Positions 1-9,624 of a stretch of 64,000 bases of DNA are shown piece by piece. Made by a program: the position numbers and the translations under genes. How positions within the stretch are numbered: the stretch's first letter is position 1; each line of letters opens with the position of its first letter. Under the pieces are notes generated by a model, which was given only the letters and a program-made list of their open reading frames with translations, was not told the DNA's origin and did not search any database. Source of the DNA: Malacoraja senta (taxonomy: Eukaryota); NCBI GenBank assembly GCA_038087875.1, contig CM075991.1, positions 11,842,001-11,906,000 of the forward strand. The letters are read 5' to 3'.

Positions 1-23
1 GTCCGAGCCAAGTTTAATAGCCT

Positions 24-223
24 NNNNNNNNNNNNNNNNNNNNNNNNNNNNNNNNNNNNNNNNNNNNNNNNNNNNNNNNNNNNNNNNNNNNNNNNNNNNN
101 NNNNNNNNNNNNNNNNNNNNNNNNNNNNNNNNNNNNNNNNNNNNNNNNNNNNNNNNNNNNNNNNNNNNNNNNNNNNNNNNNNNNNNNNNNNNNNNNNNNN
201 NNNNNNNNNNNNNNNNNNNNNNN
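24..223. other. Assembly gap (200 N)
   Basis: Run of exactly 200 N between positions 23 and 224. Confidence 0.99.
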
Positions 224-346
224 AATTGTCTTCAGTAAAATTATGAATTGTCCCTACTGTGTGTAGGATAGTGTTAATGTGCGGGGATCGCTGGTTGGCG
301 CGGACGCAGTGGGCCACATGGCCTGTTTCCGCGCTGTATCTCTAAA
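224..346 (+). mobile_element. HE1-type V-SINE, 3' part (cut by gap)
   Basis: aattgtccctactgtgtgtaggatagtgttaatgtgcggggatcgctgg...ggcctgtttccgcgctgtatctctaaa matches the 3' half of the full SINE copies elsewhere in the window. Confidence 0.8.
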
Positions 347-429
347 GTGAAGTCTAGACGAACCCACCGACCTGTAGCTGTGCCGATGCTATGCCTACAT
401 ATTTTCACCTCGCCCCGCCTCTGGGTGGT

Positions 430-1490
430 GGTGTTTGGGCCGGGGCTGTGGTGCGGGCAGGGTAGTGGTGGTGGCGGGTGAGGCGTGGGCAGGGTGGTGG
501 AGGGAGAGTGTGGGACAGGGTCGGGTGCTGTCAGTGTTTGGTGCGGGCAGGGTGGGGTGCGGGCAGGGTCGGGTGCTGTCAGGGTGGGGTGCGGGCAGGA
601 TGGGGTGCGGGTAGGGTGGGGTATGGGACGCGTCTACGTGGGGCAGGGTGGTGGAGGGAGAGTTGTGGGACAGGGTGGGGTGCGGGCAGGGTGGGGTGTG
701 GGCAGGGTGGGGTGTGGGCAGGGTGGTGGAGGGAGAGTTGTGGGACAGGGTCGGGTGCTGTCAGGGTGGGGTGCGGGCAGGATGGGGTGCGGGCAGGGTG
801 GGGTGCGGGTAGGGTGGGGTATGGGACGCGTCTACGTGGGGCAGGGTGGTGGAGGGAGAGTTATGGGACAGGGTGGGGTGCGGGCAGGGTGGGGTGTGGG
901 ATGGGGCTGTGACGTGGGTAGGGGTGGTGGAGGGTGGGGTGTGTGATGGGGTGGGGTGCGGGCTGTCGGTGCAGTGCGGGCAGGGTGGGGTGCGGGCAGG
1001 GTGGGGTGCGGGCAGGGTGGGGTGCGGGATGGGGCTGTGACACGGGTAGGGGTGGTGGAGGGTGGGGTGTGTGATTGGGTGGGGTGCGGGTGTCAGGGTG
1101 CAGTGCGGGCAGGGTGGGGTGCAGGCAGGGTGGGGGAGGGGTGCGGGCAGGGTGGGGTGCAGGCAGGGTGGGGTGCGGGCAGGGTGGGGTGTGAGCAGGG
1201 TGGATGTGAGCAGGGTGGGGTGTGTGATGGGGTGGGATGCGGGCTATCAGGGTGGGGTGCGGGCAGGGTGGGGTGTGTGATGGGGTGGGGTGGGGTGTGG
1301 GCAGGGAGGGTGCGGGCATGGTGGGGTGTGAGCAGGGTGGGTGTGAGCAGAGGGGTGTGTGATGGGGTGGCGTGCGGGCTGTCAGGGTGGGGTGCGGGCA
1401 GGGTGGGGTGCGGGCAGGGTGGGGTGCGGGCAGGGTAGGGGTGTGGGACTGGGGTGGGGTGTGAGCAGGGTGAGCGGGGGAGGCTGAGGG
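430..1490 (+). repeat. G-rich minisatellite, ~16-bp unit GGGCAGGGTGGGGTGC, in an IKBKB intron
   Basis: Dozens of tandem variant units; higher-order duplication (ATGGGACGCGTCTACGTGGGG at 623 and 821). Confidence 0.95.
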
Positions 1491-1513
1491 CTGACGGTAT
1501 GTGTTTGCTGCAG

Positions 1514-1613
1514 ACCAGCGTACGAGTGGAGACAGCCAGGAGATGGTGCGTGTCCTCCTGCAGACCCTGCAGTACTTCGACAGGAAGGTGAAGGACATCT
1601 ACTCCCACCTCAG
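1514..1613 (+). CDS. IKBKB: IKBKB exon ([34 protein letters not shown])
   Basis: cag|ACC acceptor, CAG|gtac donor, 100 nt. Confidence 0.93.
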
Positions 1614-4600
1614 GTACCAGACCCGAGACCCCGGTTCGATCCTGACCTCTGCCGCTGTCTGTGTGCAGTTCGCCATGGGGTTTCCTCCACATCCCAAAGA
1701 CGTGCGGGTTTGTAGGTTAGGGTTAGGGGAGGGCGGGTGTGGAGGGGGTGTGGGGCGGGGGCAGGGTTTGAGATGGGGGGGTGGGGTGGGGTGGGGCAGA
1801 GGCAGGGTTGAGTTGGGGGGGGTCGTGTGTGGGGTGTGACGGGGGCAGGGTTGAGATGGGGGGGTGGGGTGGGACAGAGGCAGGGTTGAGTTGGGGGGGG
1901 GGCCGTGTGGGGCGTGACGGGGGCAGGGTTGAGATGGGGGGGCGTGGGGTGTGACGGGGGCAGGGTTGAGTTTGGGAGGGGTGGGGTGGGGCAGAGGCAG
2001 GGTTGAGTTGGGGGGGGCGTGTGTAGGGTGTGACGGGGGCAGGGTTGAGATGGAGGGGGCGTGGGGAGTGGAGCAGCCCCTGACCTGCCCCTCGTTGCCC
2101 TACAGTAAGACACTGGCGTGCAAGCAGAAGGTGATGGAGTTGGTGCCGCGGCTGGAGCGGGTGCTGCAGCTGATGAACGACGACGAGAAGCTGGTGATGA
2201 AGCTGCAGGAGCAACGGCAGAAGGAGCTCTGGCACCTGCTGAAGATCGCCTGCGTGAGTCCCCACCCCACACTGCACCACGAGGAGAGACCCCACCCCTC
2301 ACCACAGCACGGGGAGACCTGACCCTTCACTACACCACAGGGGGGGAATCCCGACCCCTGGATACATTGCCAGGGAGTCCCAGTCTCTTGGATCTGCTAG
2401 TCCTGGTCTGGTAACGTTCCTGGAATGAGTCCAGGTCTCCCTGGAGCTCCCAGACCAGTTTTCTATGTTTCTATGCCTATGTTTCAGCATGTTTCAGAGC
2501 CCGGCATGAACTTCCTCTCTCTCCTTTCCAGAGTAAAGTCCGAGGCCCGGTCAGTGGCAGCCCGGAGAACATCAGTGCCAACCCCATGCCCAGCCAGTCC
2601 ATCTCTCCTCCACACGCCGCCTCCAGCATGGAGAAGCCAAAGAGCGGGTACGTTGCCGTGGAACGAGAGCTCACCGCGTACGGTTCAGTCTGCCGTGTCT
2701 GAGTTTAGTTTATTGTCAGTGGAGGTACAGTGAAAAGGTTTTGGTTGCGTGCTGTCCTGTCAGCAGAAAGACAATACGTGATTACAATCGAGCCATCCAC
2801 AGTGTACAGATACATGATCATGGGAATAATGTCTACAACGATTGGTGTAAGATTAAGCGAGTAAAGCCCAATCAAAGATTGTCTGAGGGTCTCCAGTGAA
2901 GCAGATAGTAGTTCAGGACTGCTCGTTTAAGAAAGAACTGCAGATGCTGGAAAAATCGAAGGTAGACAAAAATGCTGGAGAAACTTAGCGGGTGAGGCAG
3001 CATCTATGGAGCGAAGGAATAGGTGACGTTTCGGGTCGAGACGGGTCTGAAGAAGGGTCTCGACCCCAAACGTCACCTATTCCTTCGCTCCATAGATGCT
3101 GCCTCACCCGCTGAATTTCTCCAACATGTTTGTCTACCTAGTTCAGGACTGCTCTCTTGTTGTGATAGTATGATTCAGTTGCCTGATTATAGTCGGGAAG
3201 AAACTGTCCCTGAATCTGGAGGTGTGTGTTTTCACACTTCTATACCTCTTGCCCGATGGGGGAGCAATGCCGAGGCAGCGTGAAGTGTAGATGGAGTCAA
3301 TGGAAGGGAGGTTGGTTTGTGTGTTGTCTGAGCTGCGTCCACAATTCTCTGCTACGTCTTGCGGTCTTGGATGGAAGCTGTTCCCAAAACATTGTCTCGG
3401 CCATTGGCTTGGATGAGCATCGGACATTTGCTGCACCACCCCACGTATTGTCCACGTGGCCTTCACCTTTGGCAAACTCCCTTTGTAAATTGTTCGTGCA
3501 ATCAGAATTGCAATCTTTTCAGTAGAAACAAGGAACTGCAGATGTTGGCTAATAGACAAATGGACGCAAAGTGCTGGAGTAACTCAGTAGGTCAGGCAGC
3601 ATCTGTGGAGAACATGGATAGGCGACATCTACATGTAATCCAACCAATACAGAAAATACTATACATAAATACAATCAAGCCAAACTATACTATTACCATA
3701 AGAACAAAGGGAAAGATACATAGTGCAGAATATAGTTCTCATTGTAGTGTAGCAGGTCCAGAGACACAGTCCAATGTCCACAATGGGATAGGTTGGTGAA
3801 TCGAGACTGTACCCTAGCTTGGTCCCGTTGTTCCAACCTACCCCATTGTGGACGTGCACTTTTTAAAATTTGCATGTTCTTTCTAAATATAATGCTATAC
3901 CACTATTGTGCATTACTCTGTTATTTTGCACTATCTGTTGTACTTGTGAATGGCTAGATTGCACTCATGTAGCGTATGATTTGACTGGATAGCACGCCAA
4001 CAAAGATCATCACCGTATTTCGGTGCAACTGACAATAATAAGCCGTGAGCAAGCTCCTGTGTGTGCGGAGAGCTGTGTGCGTACATTTCTGGGAGGTGTG
4101 CGGAAGGGCAGATGGTTTGGGTCGGAGCTGGGCTAATCGATTGTGAAAAGCATGTCCTCGTTCTTCCCTTCAGCGAGGAGTCACTGGTGATGATTGAAGA
4201 ATGTCAGAACTACCGCAGCCAGCTTCTGACCGTCATGCAGGAAACAATCCAGGACCGAGAGAACTCCTTGCAGGTGAGATCGGCCACACAGCACCTCGCT
4301 TGTTTGTATTCACTTACAACGGTTCCCTTTGCTACATTTAATTCTCTTCCGTGGGGCTACATGTGCTGCCACTGCTCCTGTGTTATCAAAAGGACACTGT
4401 AGGAAATTTTACTCTACGTTTGACCCTGTACCGGGACTGTGTGTTGAGAGTATGCAGGAAGAGTTTTACCTTAAAAAAAGACACAAAGTGCTGGAGTAAC
4501 AGCAGGTCAGGCCACATCTCTGGAGAACATTTCATGGTCGGGTCCCTTCTTCAGACTGGTGACGTTTAGGGTTGGGACTGATGTAAGGTTGAAGTCGGGT

Positions 4601-4930
4601 CCTCTCTTCAGACTGGTAATGTTTCAGGTGGGGACCCTTCTTCTGATGCAAATGGTTCTTCAGTTTTACGAAACCTGTGCTGGGTTAGAGCTACAAATGT
4701 CTGATGGAAACAGAAGTTGCGATGGCTTGTGTTGACCTCAAGACACTTATCGATCTTATCCAGCACAGGTTAGGTACAGTAAAACTCTTCATGCTTATTC
4801 CCAATGCACGCTTCCAGTAGTGGATCAAGCTCAAAGTTTACTGGCAGAAATAACAAACAAAATGTCAGCTTTCTTCATCTGTTTTTATTCCTTGTTTCAG
4901 TCACTGGATTGGAGTTGGCTGTCCAGCTAA
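1514..4930 (+). CDS. IKBKB: IKK-beta, 3' part: exons 1514-1613, 2106-2253, 2532-2647, 4174-4273, 4901-4930
   Basis: Spliced translation [17 protein letters not shown]...[12 protein letters not shown]...[23 protein letters not shown]...-SLDWSWLSS*. [11 protein letters not shown] is IKKbeta-type. All junctions GT-AG with consistent phases. POLB nearby as in human 8p11. Confidence 0.95.
1730..2060 (+). repeat. G-rich minisatellite (GGCAGGGTTGAG-containing units)
   Basis: Repeated gtgtgacgggggcagggttgagatgggggg / ggcagaggcagggttgagttggggggg blocks. Confidence 0.9.
2106..2253 (+). CDS. IKBKB: IKBKB exon ([12 protein letters not shown]...HLLKIAC)
   Basis: tacag|T acceptor, TGC|gtgagt donor, 148 nt. 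Confidence 0.95.
2532..2647 (+). CDS. IKBKB: IKBKB exon ([11 protein letters not shown]...EKPKSG)
   Basis: ttccag|AGT acceptor, GG|gtacgt donor, phase 2 matches the next exon. Confidence 0.9.
2690..3420 (-). mobile_element. Rex1/Babar-like LINE 3' relic (split by the fold-back element)
   Basis: Minus ORF 3143-3559 contains [12 protein letters not shown]...[29 protein letters not shown]; GACAATAAA-type tail near 2710. Confidence 0.7.
2925..3138. mobile_element. Fold-back Penelope-derived mini-element with central hammerhead-like motif; 16-bp TSD
   Basis: Inverted arms. TAGTTCAGGACTGCTC duplicated at 2909-2924 and 3139-3154. Inserted into a Rex-like LINE relic. Confidence 0.85.
4174..4273 (+). 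CDS. IKBKB: IKBKB penultimate coding exon ([11 protein letters not shown]...ENSLQ)
   Basis: cttcag|C acceptor, CAG|gtgaga donor, 100 nt. Confidence 0.9.
4901..4930 (+). CDS. IKBKB: IKBKB last coding exon SLDWSWLSS* (NEMO-binding domain)
   Basis: tttcag|TCA CTG GAT TGG AGT TGG CTG TCC AGC TAA. Confidence 0.95.
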   Translation, partial: SLDWSWLSS

Positions 4931-5145
4931 GAGGGAGAAGGCAGTGGAGGTGGATGTCTTTGATCAGCGGTGAACACAAGCCTGCCTCCCACCCACGTGG
5001 ACTTGCGGTACATCAGCTCCCTCTTGTCTTGGGAAGAAACGACATCCCACATTCTTACCGAACTGGTGACCAGTGCCAGGAAACCCGATTCTCTAGCCCG
5101 ATCCTCTAATCCGTCCTAACTCCTGTAACCAGGAAGAAATCAATC

Positions 5146-5241
5146 TGAGGAAGGGTCTCGATCCGAAACTTCACCCGTTCCTTCTCATCAGAGATGCTGC
5201 CGGTTCCACTGAGTTACCCCAGTATTTTGTGTCTATCTTCG
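5146..5241 (+). mobile_element. Single-arm Penelope-derived hammerhead element in the probable IKBKB 3'UTR; 10-bp TSD
   Basis: (C)TGAGGAAGGGTCTCGATCCGAAACTTCACCC plus tail; GAAATCAATC at 5136-5145 and 5242-5251. Confidence 0.75.
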
Positions 5242-5609
5242 GAAATCAATCAGCTCCTAGAAACCATCCCAGGAGGACAATTGGCAACATGTTCGGCAGA
5301 GAGCTTGGGTCTGTTCTGTGCTGTCCTGTTCTACGTCCTAACGATCCTAAATGCCTTCTCCATGGTGTGGCTCTTGTGGGAGAAGGGCTGTTCCGTCTTG
5401 TGTTGGGAGGGGATGGCTGGGTAGTGGGAGCACGCCGCTACACAGGACTACACTGGCCGGAAGACTTCTGATTCCAGCTTATTGCTCATTCCGCAGGAGG
5501 CTTGTGATAAAATGTTTCGCTCGAACAGGTTGCAGATATGGCTAATGACTAATTGTAGTAAAGCATGTAATCAATGCACTGCACAGATCCACCAGCAAAC
5601 TATTTTTAC

Positions 5610-5615
5610 AATAAA
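5610..5615 (+). terminator. Candidate IKBKB polyadenylation signal
   Basis: First AATAAA after the stop codon, followed by T-rich sequence. Confidence 0.5.
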
Positions 5616-6089
5616 TAAAATTCCCTTTTATGTGCCTTATAAAACTGCAGTCACGATCTTATCTGTATGTAATGTTGTAGTCACTGAAAAGCTGATGTAT
5701 TAACTAAAGAGTCACCTTTGCGGATGTAGGTGAGTCTATTATATACACCAAGGTGCAAAAATATGGAGACCCAAGAGACTGCAGATGCTAGAGTCTTGTG
5801 CAAAAACAAAATGCTGGAAGAACTCAGCAGGCCAAGCAGCATCTGTGGAGGAAAATGGACAGATGATGTTTCAAGTTAGGATCTGCCTACGGACTGATGG
5901 AATACAGGGGAGAAAAGTGAGAGGGAGGGGAGGGGCAAGAACAGCTTTTCCCTCCCCCCCCCTCACCTCCTTACCAGCTTTCTTCGCTCCAGTGAAGAAG
6001 GGTCCCAATCTGAAACATCGTGTCTATTTCACCCCACGGATGCTGCCTGACCCACTGTGGTGAGAGATGGAGGCAATAATAACGTGTGG

Positions 6090-6405
6090 TCCTCACCTTT
6101 CACTCACCAGCCTTCCGCATCCATTCTCCAACATTTCCGCCACCTTCAATGTGATGCTCATATCTTCCTGCCATCACCCCTTTCTGCAGGAGGTAGGGAC
6201 AATGCCCTCCAGAAGTCTCATTGACTCCCCAAGCACTTTCCCCAGCAACCTCAGGGGATATAACACCTGTCCCTACACCTCCTCACTCAACTCCATCTTC
6301 TAGGGACCCCAGTAATCCTTCCAGGTGAGGCAGAGGTTAACGTGCACGTCATCAAACCTCGTCTCCTCCATCCAGTGCTCCTGATGTGGTCTTCTCTATA
6401 TCGGT
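6090..6405 (+). mobile_element. Penelope-like element relic: linker plus N-terminal GIY-YIG endonuclease
   Basis: Frame from 6319 reads FQVRQRLTCTSSNLVSSIQCS*CGLLYIG, a decayed PLE GIY-YIG motif. Confidence 0.75.
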
Positions 6406-6901
6406 GCGGCCGAGCGGTCGCCAGGGCCTGGGTCCAGAGCCTGGGGCTAGGTCGGTCCCCGAGGCCGGACTTGGGCGATGTCCCGGGATGGGGGTCCCAG
6501 CAAGATCAAAACCTTAACCCTAATGCAACTACAGTTCCTTCCTACACATTTCAAAATACTCATGGTAACCTTTTCTTATACAGACTATTCATAATTTGAT
6601 CTATCATGTATACAACATAATTATTTATCTGATCTTATCTTCAACTGACATCCTAAACCAGTTAAATTTGCTTGTGTTGTTAGAGTATTGTTTTTCTAAG
6701 ACTGGAAAACTGCCTGGGCTGAAGATCAGGGGAGCACTTTGTATATTGGGGCTTGGAAGATATTTCTTATCATGTCCTCTTGGCTCATGAGTATCATATA
6801 AAGCGAGCCAGATAAAGGAACTAATATCAGAAGAGATCATGCGGCTTAAAGCAAGGTCTCCATTGCAAAAATGCAAGGCTGAGGATCAAAAGAGAGTCAA
6901 G

Positions 6902-7039
6902 GTAGACAAAACCGCTGGAGAAACTCAACCCGAAACGTCACCTATTCCTTCGCTCCAGAGATGCTGCCTCACCCGCTGAGTTTCTCCAACATTTTTGTCT
7001 ACCTTTGATTTTTCCAGCATCTGCAGTTCTTTCTTAAAC
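6902..7039. mobile_element. Fold-back Penelope-derived mini-element; ~11-bp TSD
   Basis: AGAGAGTCAAG at 6891-6901 and 7043-7053; arm ends ...TTCTTAAAC. Confidence 0.75.
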
Positions 7040-7279
7040 AAGAGAGAGTCAAGTGTGTTTCATTGTCATGTGTCCCAGACAGAACAATGAAATTCTTACT
7101 TGCTGCAGCACAACAGGACATGTAAACATACTAGTGCACTGTAAACAATATGATAAACGAGAGAGAAACAAATAAATAAAATAGTGAATGATTGGGGAGT
7201 GAAGAATGTGGAGAGAGATCTGATGAGATTGGGGTGACATTGTGAACCCTTAAGTTGAACATCTCCTGCAGCACTCTGA

Positions 7280-7600
7280 CCCCGGGCCCAGGACATCACC
7301 TACCCCGCGGGACATTGCCCCAGACCCCAACCTCGGGGCACGACCTTGCTGGGACCCCCATCCCAGGACCGACCAAGCCCCAGCTCGGGCCCCAGGCTCC
7401 AGACCCGGGCCCTGGGCCTAGGCCCCCCGCCCGTTGCCCTGGCGACCGCCGCCGTTGCCGGGACGGAACGCGGCTGCCATGACGATGGCGGCGGCGGCGG
7501 CAGCAGCGTGCGCGTCCCCGCGGCCGGGCGTGCGTGCGTGCGGGCGGTTGGACGGTGACGCTGGAGAGGCGGTGAGTGCGCCCGGGGACGGGGGGTGGGG
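7280..7600 (+). promoter_or_regulatory. CpG island, probable ENKD1 promoter with RFX X-box
   Basis: CpG-dense. GTTGCCCTGGCGAC at 7433-7446 has one mismatch to GTNRCC-N2-RGYAAC. YY1-like GATGGCGGC at 7484-7492. Strong donor GCG|GTGAGT at 7571/7572. Confidence 0.7.
7479..7571 (+). other. ENKD1: Probable ENKD1 first exon (5' boundary unknown; contains upstream ATGs at 7479 and 7485)
   Basis: Only CpG island with a consensus donor between the IKBKB end and the ENKD1 ATG. Confidence 0.6.
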
Positions 7601-8640
7601 GGGACAGGGGGTGGAGGGTTATGGGGGGGACAGGATGCAGGGGGGACAGGAAGATGGAGGGGACAGGGGGTGGGGGGGGCTGGGGTAGAGGGTTAGGGGG
7701 GGACAGGAAGATGGAGGGGACAGGGGGTGGGGGGGACAGGGGGTGGGGGGCTGGGGTAGAGGGTTAGGGGGGGGACAGGAAGATGGAGGGGACAGGGGGT
7801 GGGGGGGCTGGGGTAGAGGGTTAGGGGGGGGACAGGAAGATGGAGGGGACAGGGGGTGGGGGGCTGGGGTAGAGTGTTAGGGGGGGACAGGAAGATGGAG
7901 GGGACAGGGGGTGGGGGGGCTGGGGTAGAGGGTTAGGGGGGGGGACGACAGGATGCAGGGAGTAATGGGGTTAGGGGGGCAACAGGATGCAGGGGGGGAC
8001 AGGAAGAATGAGGGGATAGGGGGGGAAGAGTGTTAGGAGGTGTTGAGGGGGCTAGGGACAGGGTTAGGAGGGAAACATTTAGGGGTACAGGAGGATAATG
8101 GGGACCTGAGGGTAGGAGACATGCTTAGGGGGGCAGAAGGGTTGAGGGGGGACGTGGTTGGGGACAGGGTGAGGGGTGAACAGGATGCAGGGGGAAAGGA
8201 AGATGGAGGGGACAGGAGGATAGAGGGAGGTGGGGATAGGGAGGGGGAAGAAGACAGGGTTAGGAGGGGTTGAGGGGGTGGGGTGGCTAGGGACAGGGTT
8301 AGGGGGGGACATGATGTAGGGGAACAGGTGGATAGAGGGGACAGGAGGGTAGAAGACATGTTTAGGGGGACAGGAGGGCTGAGGGGGCTAGGGGACAGGG
8401 TTAGGGGGAGACATGATATAGGGGTACAGGAGATTAGAGGGGACAGGAGGGTAGGAGACAGGGTTAGGGGGACAGGAGGGTTGAGGGGGGACGGGGCTGG
8501 GGGCAGGGTTAGGGTTGAACAGGATGCTAGGGGGTCGGGGAGTAGGAAAGATGGGGGGGGTTGGGATAGGGGGGACATGAGGGTAGGGGCTGGGGGGGAA
8601 AGTGCGGGGGCAGGGTGGGCTGGAACGGTGGCAGGGTTAC
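7586..8640 (+). repeat. G-rich minisatellite (~57-bp unit, decaying 3') in ENKD1 intron 1
   Basis: ggggacaggaagatggagggacagggggtggggggctggggtagagggttagggggg units; TTAG starts at 7764, 7821, 7877. Confidence 0.92.
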
Positions 8641-9164
8641 GGGTTGGGGGCCAGATTAAGGGTAGATGATATGGTGTGCCGGGGGGGGGGGGGGAGAGGG
8701 GCAGGCTGAGGGGCAGACGGTAGACTTACAGGTAGGGGGCATGGGCAGGGCGGAGGGGTTATGGGTAGAGGGCAAGGGCAGTGGATGGGGGGGCTGGTGG
8801 CAGGGGGCCAGGGTCAAGGGCGAAAGACAGGAGATGTTGAGCCAGGGCAGGAAGCAGGGTTACAGGCAGGGACCAAGGGCAATGGAAGAGCAAAAGGACG
8901 GTGGTCTGTGCAGATGGAAGGGTAGGGGGCAAGGGCAGGGGTGGCAGTGAGCTCGGGGAGAGGCCGAGAACCCCACCCCGTCGACCATCCTTATTTTGTC
9001 TTAAGGTAATCAAAGATATGGAATAAAGTTGAGGTGGAAATCAGACATACAATTAAATGGCATAATGTGTTTGGAGTAAACTTGAGCAAGAAACAAAATG
9101 CTGGAGGAACACGTCAGGTCAGGCAGCAACTGTGGTGGGAAATGGACAGACAGCATTTTCACAA

Positions 9165-9435
9165 GTTATAGGAGTCTGCCATTCAATCATGGCTGACCTC
9201 TGCCTCCTAATCCAATTTTCCTGCCTTCTCCCCATAACCCTGGACACCTGTTCTAATCAAGAAATTGTCCATCTCTGCCTTAAACCTATCCACTGACTTG
9301 GCCTCCACTGCCCTCTGTGGTAATGAGTTCCACAGATTAACTACCCCCTGACTAAAGAAGTTCCTCCTTACCTCCTTTCTAAAAGAGCGTCCTTTAATTC
9401 TGAAGCTGTGACCTCTGGTCCTAGTCTCTCCCACT
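9165..9435 (-). mobile_element. CR1-type LINE 3' fragment
   Basis: Minus ORF 9207-9434: [37 protein letters not shown]. Confidence 0.85.
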
Positions 9436-9624
9436 TTTGGTTTTGGACCCTTCTTCAGACTGATGATAGATGAGGTTTGACATTATCGGCTCAGTCTGAA
9501 GAAGGGTCCTGACTCAAAACATAGTCTTTCCGTTTCCCTACACAGATGCTGCCTGACCCGCTGTATTCCTCTGACACTTTGCATTTTTAGTGTAGCGTCT
9601 TTGTAAGGCTAAATGGATTCTCGG

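Noticed and set aside
478-2330. Long Gly/Trp/Arg- or Pro/His-rich ORFs on both strands
   Set aside because: Artefacts of stop-poor G-rich minisatellites; only the short IKBKB exon segments are coding.
3043-3078. Active hammerheads at 3047, 14504, 32945, 47263, 51850-51880 and 52453-52485
   Set aside because: Each has a core mutation (G12, U16.1, G8, C3 or A15.1), so they are listed as relics only.
1514-4930. CHUK (IKKalpha) as the identity of the kinase
   Set aside because: [11 protein letters not shown] and DQRT..DSQEMVR are IKKbeta-type, and POLB linkage fits IKBKB.
8033-8950. ORFs in ENKD1 intron 1; resemblance to immunoglobulin switch repeats
   Set aside because: Low-complexity translations; no Ig genes nearby and no GAGCT pentamer arrays.
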